Of a stretch of DNA of 64,000 bases, positions 53,406 through 64,000 are shown one piece after another; positions within the stretch are counted from its first letter, which is position 1; the number at the start of each line of letters is the position of its first letter. Origin of the DNA: Trichoplax sp. H2 (lineage: Eukaryota). The stretch covers positions 124,001 through 188,000 of the forward strand of contig NOWV01000119.1 of NCBI GenBank assembly GCA_003344405.1, in the 5' to 3' direction. Position numbers and translations under genes: made by a program. Below the pieces are notes generated by a model that saw nothing but the letters and a program-made list of their open reading frames with translations, made no database searches and was not told the DNA's origin.

Positions 53406-55066
53406 TTACCTTGACGAAAGCGAATGAAAAATATTATAGACAATACCCTCAGAATAAAAATGTTTACGTGATGGAATTCCCATTTTCTTATATTTGTAAT
53501 ATTCATTTGTTGTCATATTACGAAATATTAAATAAATGTGAAAGATAGTAAATCCTCCTAGTGCAAAAATGAGCATAAAAAGAGTAGTTAGTAATAGTGC
53601 TATTAAAGGATACTCCATAAAGAGATGTTGACAAACGACTGATAACGTCATAGATTTCAATTCTCCAGAAATTGGATCGACATAGGCAGCTAGAAATATC
53701 TTTTGCTTATCCACAATACAACAGAATATTCGAAAAATAATAATCGTACCATAAATACATATAGTTAGTAATGATATCAACAATCCAATAAAATATGCGA
53801 TATTCCTTCGCCCAATGCAATTATTGACCCATACGCAATGATGATCAAATCTTGCCACGCAATGGTTACAATAGGCTATAATCAATCAAAATATTTACAA
53901 GGTTAATGGCGTACTTAGTTTGCGTTACAGTTGTAAATATTCGTCTGACGACGATTAAGTAATCTACATAAATCTAGTCATAGTCTATCAATACAGGTAA
54001 CTTACTGCAATGCTTGGATCTTGCAGGTTTAATAAAATCGCATGATGTACAACGATTTTTGGAATAAAGTTGCTCATCATAACGATACATTTTCGTGTAT
54101 CGATCATGATTGCGCTTATTTATAACGCCTGGATCGATATAGGAAAGAAGGGTAAAGAATAATAGATTGGTCAATATCATAGAAGCAGTAACAGTCTTGT
54201 GATGTTCAGCCACATAGTCGCAAGGCAAATGTGGACAAATTTGAAAAATAAAAATCCAATATCCCACTGCAACCAGTGTAATATAAGTGAATTGATAAAA
54301 TCGATTCCTAAGAGAAAGAAAATCAAGGCGGTCAATGTGCTAGACATCGTAAAAGCATATAAAGCATATTATCAGTAAGTTGATTAAAGGATCATTTTAA
54401 AACTACTGGTTATCATTGAGCTCATGCTAGTACTGCATATAACTGCAGTAAGCATTACGTCTAGATTTACTCAAGAATCTTAGAGATGATACTGTACGAG
54501 TATATACCGGTGCAAAGTAGCGTTACGATATTGCAATCTAGTATCAACTAACATTACCTTTTCAGCACGAAATTAGTATAGAGTGCACTTATAGCCGTCT
54601 GTAGTGAGAGCGGTAAAAAGCTAATAGTCTTCTTGATTACGTAAGCAAAGCCCTAAAAAATAATAATTCTGATTAACTATATAATCAGGCTATTTAAATA
54701 AATATGTGAATATTACAAAAATGTCATTTATTCAGTACTATAAAGACTCGAATCATAAACGTCGATCTGTACAGTATATTTGAACGGGACCGGATGCGAA
54801 ATCGGTCACGTTCATATTGATCGTAAGTTATGATAATCATGATATACTGTACACAATACGGGCATCAATGAAAGGAAGCGTGAACATAACTAGGATAAAT
54901 GCATCCTTGCTTGATCTAAGTGATACTCGCACATAACGTGATTTTTTACCCTTTCTAATCTTTCCTCTAAGCGTTGACTGGTCGTTCTTCCACAGCCACA
55001 CGAGTAGATTATCGTAATTGTAGTAAGAATGGTGAAATATCCAGCTACTAATGTCAGAAAATCCAT
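53406..55066 (-). CDS. ZDHHC4: DHHC palmitoyltransferase, ZDHHC4-like; four coding exons
   Basis: Starts [11 protein letters not shown]. Contains DPG and [15 protein letters not shown]|..[21 protein letters not shown], then a TTNE motif. Confidence 0.88.
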
Positions 55067-58000
55067 AATTTTACAGACTCGTTGGAGAAGTGGGACTTGC
55101 ACAGCTAAAACAGTCCATTAATCCAGAAAGTAAATGTGGAATCTGCCAACAATTAGATCAAATCTTGACCAACATTGCTCGTTTAATCATCATCCTACAT
55201 TGCTAAAAGTACAACAGATTATGTCTATCAGGTTGCACCAGAGGGCAAAGATCTGCAATTCAGAAACTGTAAACAAGTAAAAATTTGTTTCCACGGCAGC
55301 GTTTACTACAGTACTCAGCGCGATACGATACAGTGGACAGTACTGTACAGTTCATCTGTACTGTAAGAGCAGGATGCCGCTTGAATTAGTTTCTCACTGG
55401 TACAGAGTGGTGAACAGGTCGATAGAGCTGGTCAAATACTGTATTAGGCGCACGCTTATCCAACGCTGTATAGTCACTTACTCGATCGAGGAGGAATAAT
55501 TATACTGTACTTTCAATTTCTAGGAATTGTTGAGCAACTATTCTAGCTATAATATATAAAACTACTGTATCTAGTAAACTCTGAATACTAGAAGAAACGA
55601 TGAAGGTTCACTCTACCTCTATTGATAGCTCTATAGTACTCGTATTTCGAATTGCTATTATCGTTCGTCAATGAATGAATACTATGTTAACATAAAACGT
55701 TGATGAGGGAGTACGATCATAATTTATAGCATGCTGTGATCTACGGTATTGAAAACAAAGTAGGGCAGGGGGACAATTTTTAATCGAGTAGCCCATGCCT
55801 ATAAGATAGGATTGAATAATTAGTAGAAAAGAACTAAAATAAATCCTGTCGTTCCCGGTAGTTATATACTGAAATGTTAAGTAATGTAGTTATTCCTTTA
55901 AAATCGTAATTATTGGTTAATTTCCCGCTAAAATAGCCCTATATAATGATGAATGCCTACTCATTATATTTTTTTCAATGATTAATTTCATAGTAGTTAT
56001 CAGTAATGTAAATTTATTTTACGAATAAATACTGTAATGCTTGAAGCCACGGAAATTACAGTTAGCGATATTATAATCAAGTTCACGCGTATCATTATAA
56101 TACAATTCTCATAATAACTGAAACTAAGTAAATTGACAAGATCCGTCGCCATAGAAATTTCAGCTCATATGCGGGTATAGACTTTGCAATATAAAACATA
56201 CGTTTTATGATATAAGCCGTCATCTATCCAAAAAATTCTGCTAAATGAGCCTTACATAGTCATATTTACAATATATACAGTAGATATACGCGTATGTATG
56301 TATCTAACGTAATTTTAAGAGACAATATTTATTTTCTTTCCACCCTCTTATTGTGTCATATATTAATATATAATTGATATTAGTTATTGCACTCTAAAAT
56401 CAAACTTACAGTCAGCCCTAAATTATTTAGTAGCAAATATCGTATAAAACAAGATTCTAATTTAGAGATTAAACAACGCAGGCAAGATTGTTTATAGTAC
56501 AAATATAGAATATAGACTTTTATTATAATTTTTTAAAATAGACTTACGAATTACTATCTTAGGTCGTGACGCGAAGTTTAAAACATTAGTATCATGCTAT
56601 ATAATAGCATAATGTACATTAATGTGAATTACCAGGGTTTAAAGATATTATCTTACTACTAATAAAGAGTCTAAGGTTTGACTTAGGCTAGAAAATAGCT
56701 AAGATTTGAGAGTTACGCTATTTATATTACTAGCATAATAGCTTAGAGTATTAAATCTAATTTACAATAGCATAAAATAATCTTGCAAAATAAATTATAA
56801 AAGCCTAAGTTTCTGGTTATTTTTTGATATTTATTAAAGATATTAACTTAATTACAGCGTACTAAATTATGCTAGTATTATACTAATTACTTATCGTCAT
56901 CTTTACATAATGGATTTTTATGAATCTTTTTTTAGCATTAAAATCTTTTGTAATTTACTAATCGATGAAGTATAAAATAAGCAAAAGAGATATCACAAAC
57001 TAATATTGGATCCCAAGGTTACAACTTTTTAGTTTACTTCGACGATCACACAAATTAATTATTATAAAGATGAAATTTTTATTATGTGACTGAATAGATA
57101 AATCATGCTCACATCTATAAGGCTTTCAAACAGTCGATAATTTCAATACTCCAGATGAAATTAAATTATATGAAATTTTATTTAGAAGAGGTAATGCCAG
57201 AATCGATTTTTCCTGATACCTTGTTCAAATGATTTCTTTTAATGACCACTCAATATATGCACAGGTGAACAAATTATAATCCAGACAGCGCAAGGCTATT
57301 TTCCACATCATAAAAGTTTATATAGTAATGGATACTTGATTATACACAAGACAACATTTTAAATAAGTGTTTGCTAGATATCGATGGAATTAAACTTGAA
57401 AGATATTACAATAGAGATAATTCAAAGTAGTATTCGAATGATAAGTAATTATTTGTTGATTGAGAGGTGCAAATTTTGAATGCAATACTTTTCTCGCTGA
57501 TATTGCATATAATTAATTCTCAATCAATCGTAGACATGCAGTATTGAACATATATTTACATTATGCAAAATCGCTTAAACGAAAAATTCACATGTATTGT
57601 GCTTGATATCGAATCGATAAGACATAAAATTATTGGAAATGCCATTTACGACCTACATATGATGAAAATCTGTACGATTACATGTAATTGGCAATAATAG
57701 CATCTTAATGTAGGTATAGAAAAGTTTAATAAGAAGTAATACTACATTGACATCGTGTACTTAGCCCCTTGACGATGTAATGTAAGCGTACAAATTATTC
57801 TCTTGTGTTCTATTAAACAATTAGGTTCGCATTTGTTCTATAGCTGCCATATGCAATACCATATCCCTGCATATCATTTGATATTTAAGGTAAGGAGCAG
57901 AATAACATTTTCTTCGTAGCGATATCAAACAGTAGTGTATAATTATATAATTACATATATATTTGAACTGCATTAAAGACTTACTTAATTTCGTAATTAA

Positions 58001-58167
58001 ATGTATTATCCTATACAGTAGAGTGTAGCATTAGAGGCGCAAATAATGACGCTATTAATTGCTTAGCAATCTTATATTGAGTCCAATTAAACGAAATTCT
58101 TATACGCTGATAATACTACTTTCAAGTCCAAGATAACTCTTACTATAATTAAGTTTAAATAAAAGAT

Positions 58168-59872
58168 TCAGCGAGGAGTAGTTGCTGTCATATTTAGAGT
58201 AGTATTGGCTTGCGTTGTAGCATTTGTAGTTATACTAGAACCTGCACCATTGTCGTAGCCCATAGTTCTTAAATCCATCATATTCACATTGAAGATAACT
58301 TTAATTGAGCCTTGAGATCGTACGCGAGTTACTTTAAAGGCAATATCATGTATATTAAATGACTGTATGGGAAGGGATTTATTGCAGTTAATTTTAATAC
58401 TTTTAATATAGTGTGTACCTTCTCTTCCTTCACTTTGAGCTACTATTGTCGGATCTACGTAATCTGGTCTTCGACCTAGGAGCCAGCTAATTGTACAATA
58501 GCCATATAAATGATTTTTGTTGGCTTTTAAGCGTGTTTTACAACTAATTGTGGGCATACCTAGTCAATTTCTGTAATTGCGATGAAGATTCTGGGACAAA
58601 CATTGGCACTTCACGAACATGACTATCAAATAATAGGCACAACCGTTATGGATGACTAAAAGTATAAACCGAAAGGGAGATGATATCGTAAATTTATAAG
58701 GCTACTTCACCTTCCCGGAGATATTGGAATGTGAATTGCTCCATTTCCACGGACCACATCATTACCAAAAACATCCTGACCATAAACGCTCAACACCAAC
58801 TGAGGCCCTTAGCGTTATAAAGGAATACATTTACAAACCGGATAAAATGCAACACTTTGAAAAGAGATATCGATTCGGTAAAGTACTATACTTACATCCA
58901 AATGGATTAGTGCTTTTGAACGTTATATTTAAGGGGAAATTCCATATGAATAGTTGCTTGCCATCGAAACTCTTACGTGTGGTTTGTGTTATTCCTTCTT
59001 CTAGTCCCTAGTCCATCATACAGTATAATAAACAAATGCGAATAACTCTTCAAAAGATTATATCTCTACCGCAACTATTTGAAGTAATAATACGACAAAT
59101 CGCGAAATAGTAGTCTAATTAAACTTTATCACGCTTACATAAATATATTAAATATAATCTAGAATAGAAGTTTACAACATTTGATCGGACTTGTGTTCAC
59201 TAAGTTACACTTACAGTGCAAGTTACCAATTTTACGTGTACTTCTAGTGGTATGTATAAAGATGACACTTAAAAAACTGTAGTCTTTTCGTACAACTAGG
59301 AGACTATGAAGTACTATGGCGAAGCTTACCGCTGTTACAACCCAGTCTTGGCCATAAACAAAAGTATATTTAGCGAATAGGTCATTGAATTCTGGAAACT
59401 GAATTAAAAGGTATACATGTAATTAATATCAAATTGGTTTTTATTGGGTCATATATCTATTTGACATACGAATCTTTATGAAGTTACAACCATTAGCAGT
59501 TATAGAGCGTTAATACCAAAGTTAATGATATTTCTATAAGTTAAAGTATGCCCTTCTTTCATATCAACTATCATTTATAATCCTCTAAATCAACATTAGG
59601 TAAAAAAGAGAGGGAAATGTTATCAGTTTCTGATATTTTACTTATTCCGTATTAATGTTATTTCGGTGCGAAAGTTAACCGATAGCATAAAAAGAATTAA
59701 TTATCACATTGGTGCAGTAGTCAATTGATAAGAATGATTCTAAATTGGTATCGGTACGAAATCAAAACTAATCAATCTGCTGTTCAACTTCACTATTCCA
59801 TCTTACGTAAGCAGTCTCAATTTGGCCGGTGACAAACAGATAAAATACTGGAGAATTCATCGGTGCCGCCAT
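58168..59872 (-). CDS. B9D1: B9 domain-containing protein 1 (ciliary transition zone, MKS module); seven coding exons
   Basis: [121 protein letters not shown]. Confidence 0.96.
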
Positions 59873-60143
59873 TGCTGCTGATGATTGGAGTTGGAATTTC
59901 TATGGAAACATTCAATTTTAAACTGCACTGACCATGCGCATTTGGTAATTTTGAACGTTGTGCTCCAGTTACCATTTTACTTACAGAGTTACAGTATATT
60001 GATTGATTGATTGATGTGTTTCGTTGGTCCATTCGTCTGTCGATCCGCGCCACGATGATTAGGGTGGAGTTGATCTCCACCCTAATTTTCCCTCAATTAC
60101 GGTTCCGTATGAATGACAATAGCCCGCACCCGGATCCCGGGAT

Positions 60144-60778
60144 GTGTACAGTACAGTGCATCCGGGTGATCGGGGCGCACTGTCAATCACAGTACGTACA
60201 GTACAATCTGTACAATCTGATTATTTTCGATGTCTCCTCTTCGTTCAAAAATCAAAGTTGTACAGTATTCCGTTGAAATTCCTGTATAGTATTTATATAT
60301 ACCCATAGAAGGATACCTCCGAAGAGAGATTATCATGATAACATGAACGTACAGCATCTGAGTAATTGAGTAATCGGGGTTATCATGGCTGGGCTTAACG
60401 TACAGTACTGTACTGTACACAGTGCATCCGGCCAATCACAGTACAGTACAGTACAGTACGTACTGTACAATCTGATTATTTTCGATGTCTCCTCTTCGTT
60501 CAAAAATCAAAGTTGTACAGTAATCCGTTGAAATTCCTGTATAGTATTTATATACTGTACTGTACAGTATACATACCCATAGAAGGATATCTCCGAAGAT
60601 AGATTATCATGATAACATGAACGTACAGCATCTGAGTAATTGAGTAATCAGGGTTATCATGGCTGGGCCTAACGTACTGTACAGTGTACAGTACTGTACA
60701 TTCTGAGTGTACAAGTGTACACTGTACTGTACTGTACATACATTACATCCGGGTGATTCGGGAGCACTGTCAATCACC
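60144..60778. repeat. Recent tandem duplication (~270 and ~330 bp copies plus a partial third)
   Basis: TACAATCTGATTATTTTCGATGTCTCCTCTTCGTTCAAAAATC...GGCTGGGC is nearly identical at ~60211 and ~60466. CATCCGG recurs at ~60159, 60425 and 60746. Confidence 0.95.
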
Positions 60779-62528
60779 GTACTGTAGTGTACACCGTACA
60801 GTGATTGACAGCGCTGACGCTCGCAGCACCGTGCTACGCTGTACCTGCTGAGCCTGCGCCAATTTCTTTTTTCTGTTTATGGATAAACAGTCACTGCACT
60901 GGAGCATGTTCGCCATGGCCAACGTGTTGAATTATCAACATCACAATTTTGCCATTTTTACCATGATGAAAGCCAAATCTGTTGCTGTAGAACTGCACAC
61001 TAGTGTACATGGTTACACGGTTATTTCTAACTGCAAAGCTACCATATGGTAAATAGTGGTTGCAGTCTGTACTCTACACTCAAAATTAAACGATAATTCA
61101 ATAAAATCAATATTATTGAATTAAATTCAATCAATAAATTCAATTGTGAGCATTGAAATGTTGAATGATGATTTTTATTTTATCTGACAGTACAATTGTA
61201 GTTGGTATCATCGTCCTTGGTACCATTGATACTCGTCCAATAGCGTCCTATAAAGTAATTGCATAAATAGACTGCCAGCCTGCAATGGATAGTATCGCAG
61301 TCCAATATTGTGTCATGTTTTATCGCGACAAAGCACGCATATGTCGACGACACTATACCGTACGCAGGTCCAATGTGGAATTTTCTATTTACCAAAGTAC
61401 AGAATAGCCATGAAAGCCTGCCGACTACACCCCTGGTAGTACCAGCCAGTGAGCACTAGAGGTGGAGACCTAAGAGAGTTTCCAGTGAGCATTGAGCAAT
61501 CCTGACAAAATGAATTTTCTTGTTGAATATTCCCTGTGACATTTCTAATTAATTCGTTCATTCATTCTATTCTAGAACATATACACCTATGTATATTGTC
61601 TCTGTAGAATATACTGTAGAACTATACCGCATGCAAACAAATGCATTGGTGTGTACACTCACTGTAGAATCGTAGTGACCATCCAAGCTAGCACTTGTTA
61701 CTTGATGGCGATCGTACAGTCGAAATGAGTGGTGGTGAAATCCACTAGTCGTTGAGTATGATGCGTATGGTACGTCACAGTAGCGTAGACCTCAATGCTT
61801 TACGTCATATACAATGTTATTGATTTGGAATTATAGCTATTGTTGGTGCTATTGTTTTTCATACAAATGATGTTGACATGGGGTGACTGTTCTCTATTCA
61901 GGACTGTATCATAGTCATTGATGGCGCGTTGCTGTTGTCATACGTAAAGGTTGACCACAACACAAGGTTGACCCGCAGCCAGTACAAAACGACGCTTCTA
62001 CCGACGTTAGGGCGTCATTTGACTTTGCTTCACTCGTGCCAACGAAGGAATTAGTATTCAATCGCAGACTGTGGTCCCACCGAGTCCGTGGATGGTCTTA
62101 ACGCTGGGCGGATTATCCAAAACAAATTAGCTGAACTTATCCGGAAGAAGTGTTTGGAAGATTGATTTGGATTGCAAGTTAAATGGTCGTTGTTATTAGC
62201 TAGAAAAGGCGGAAATTGACTTTTTCGGTAGTCAAGAAATCCAAGAAGAATCACACCCAAAAAAAATCACTCTATCCACTTGAGATTGCAGTTGAATTCA
62301 TCCAGTGGGTAAAGGAACGGAAGTAACGAATGTCCATTGCCTTCAAGATTAACCCAATACCATTCAAGACATCCTGAACAACTGTGATTTGGATTGGAAA
62401 GAAGACAAAGCAATTATCCAGATAGCAAAGGGAAAGGAACTAGATACTGTAGAGGTGGAGGAGGAGGAAGAAATTACACCTACAGCACACACCATTCTAC
62501 ATCATCAATTGTTGTATTGTACGATAGG

Positions 62529-63662
62529 ATGAGTAACAAGGCAGTCAACAATTCCCCTACAGATAATCCCAAGAATAAATCATCATCATCATCATCATCT
62601 TGTACACTTAAAGCCAAGAATGATAAAAGTGACATTAATTATGCAAATTTAAAACTAACCACCAACGGAACCAAGCTAAAAAATCCTGGCCACAATTATC
62701 GAACTTTGAATCGATTAATTGAAAAAAACGGTGCTATCAATGTCAAGCGACAAGTACCCAATCGCTGGTCTTGGTATGGCCGCGATTTATTCACTACTAT
62801 TATGAATGCTCCTATAAGAACCAATGTTATCGTATTTTTTGTTGCTTATGTTATCAGTTGGTGGATCTTTGGCTTTTTATGGTGGATTATGGGCTATTTA
62901 CGTGGCGATTTTTTACCTCAACATCAACTCTGGCATCACATAGGAAATTATACACCGTGTGTACAAAATTGCGATGGATTTTGGGAATCATTATTATTTT
63001 CAATTGAAACGCAAACAACAATTGGTTATGGTGTACGAGCTGTCACACAAAAATGTCCGGAAGGGATATTTCTACTACAATTGCAGACCATTCTTGGATA
63101 CTTGATTGATTCTTTCGCACTTGGCATTTTTTTCGCCAAGTTATCTCAAGCGAAATATCGAACGAAAACATTGACCGCTAGTAAACGAGCTGTTGTTTCT
63201 TTGCGTAATGATGTCCTCAATTTAATGATTCGTATCGGCGATCTGCGAAGAAATCCGATCTGTGAAGTTCAGATTTATGGACTGTTATATAAAGATACTA
63301 TTACTAAAGAAGGTGAAATTCTCATGAATGAACCCTTTTTAATTGAATTTGAACCTAGCTACATTCATTTATTAACTCCGTTAGTCGTATGCCATCCTAT
63401 TGATGGGCAAAGTCCATTACATGACATGACCGCCGATGATTTATTTGCAAAAAATGCCGAACTGGTTGTCATTATTGAGGGCATTGTTGAAAGCACAGGA
63501 CAGACAACGCAATATCGAACTTCCTATAAACCTCATGAAATTATTTTTGGTTCTTATTTTCAAAATATTGCTTCAAGAGATCGTTATGGTCGATTAAATA
63601 TTGACTACTCTCGATTTGATCAAATTGAACGCCTTGATAGTGCTGGCCCGTATCAGTTATAA
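62529..63662 (+). CDS. Inward-rectifier potassium channel (Kir), intronless core; the true start may lie further upstream
   Basis: DLFTT; SWWIFG; PCV; FSIETQTTIGYG.R..T.KCP; RIGDLR; TKEGE; PLVVCHPID..SPL; ELVVIIEG.VESTG.TTQ.RTSY...EI; IDYSRFD. Confidence 0.95.
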   Translation: MSNKAVNNSPTDNPKNKSSSSSSSCTLKAKNDKSDINYANLKLTTNGTKLKNPGHNYRTLNRLIEKNGAINVKRQVPNRWSWYGRDLFTTIMNAPIRTNVIVFFVAYVISWWIFGFLWWIMGYLRGDFLPQHQLWHHIGNYTPCVQNCDGFWESLLFSIETQTTIGYGVRAVTQKCPEGIFLLQLQTILGYLIDSFALGIFFAKLSQAKYRTKTLTASKRAVVSLRNDVLNLMIRIGDLRRNPICEVQIYGLLYKDTITKEGEILMNEPFLIEFEPSYIHLLTPLVVCHPIDGQSPLHDMTADDLFAKNAELVVIIEGIVESTGQTTQYRTSYKPHEIIFGSYFQNIASRDRYGRLNIDYSRFDQIERLDSAGPYQL

Positions 63663-64000
63663 AACAAAAATTCTCATCTCCCCGGTAAAATGTCAACAGC
63701 CAACGTATTACAACATCTGCTTGCTTGTTGTAATACTCCTTATTATGTAGATACATATAGTATATCATTAAATAATTCAATTTAAAGCAAGATAGAAGAG
63801 TGTACTAAGAACAAGCTTTACTCTCCTTGACCGTGATGACTTTTAAATATGCAGTTGTTTCAGCTCGTTCAATCCGATCATTGGCTGTAAATTATAGTTA
63901 TGCATATAGTAGATCGTTACAAGTTTAGGAAAGAAGATAAAGTCCATGTATCTTTCTATCTCGACATCATCTCTTGTGGAGCCTCTGATCTAATTACGTT

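Noticed and set aside
58724-59011. Plus-strand 95-aa ORF, and similar antisense ORFs at 14587, 21073, 24078, 37746 and 47777
   Set aside because: These are shadows of real exons on the opposite strand.
60007-60739. Short ORFs in the duplication upstream of B9D1
   Set aside because: The copies differ by frame-disrupting indels and carry no recognisable motifs.
60908-60923. RFX X-box for ciliary B9D1 (GTTCGCCATGGCCAAC); also a GTTACCAT half-site at ~59968
   Set aside because: Each half has an extra base or only one half matches. A better match at 10371 (GTTGCTATGGAAAT) has no nearby gene start.

Overview
AT-rich, compact, intron-rich eukaryotic DNA from an animal. The short GT-AG introns, intronless class-A GPCR and gene density would fit a placozoan such as Trichoplax, but that is an impression, not a demonstrated assignment. 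I assembled ten spliced or single-exon genes by hand: a class-A GPCR, SNX14, RPL10 (with a 5'TOP non-coding exon), NPC2, SNX29, a USP1-like deubiquitinase, POLD2, ZDHHC4, B9D1 and a Kir channel. There is also a 97-aa coiled-coil ORF resembling the geminin family. The first ~14 kb is gene-poor and full of old diverged tandem duplications. Three young tandem arrays (34 bp, 90 bp and ~270-330 bp units) lie just upstream of housekeeping genes, and each ends in a hairpin. The most striking non-genic signal is that aligned repeat copies differ by insertions of CAGTA or CTGTA at TA dinucleotides. This is the classic Tc1/mariner excision-footprint pattern, and these motifs cluster at promoters. I found no CRISPR array, rRNA, tRNA or transposase. 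Gene names rest on motifs recalled from memory, and exon coordinates were read by eye.
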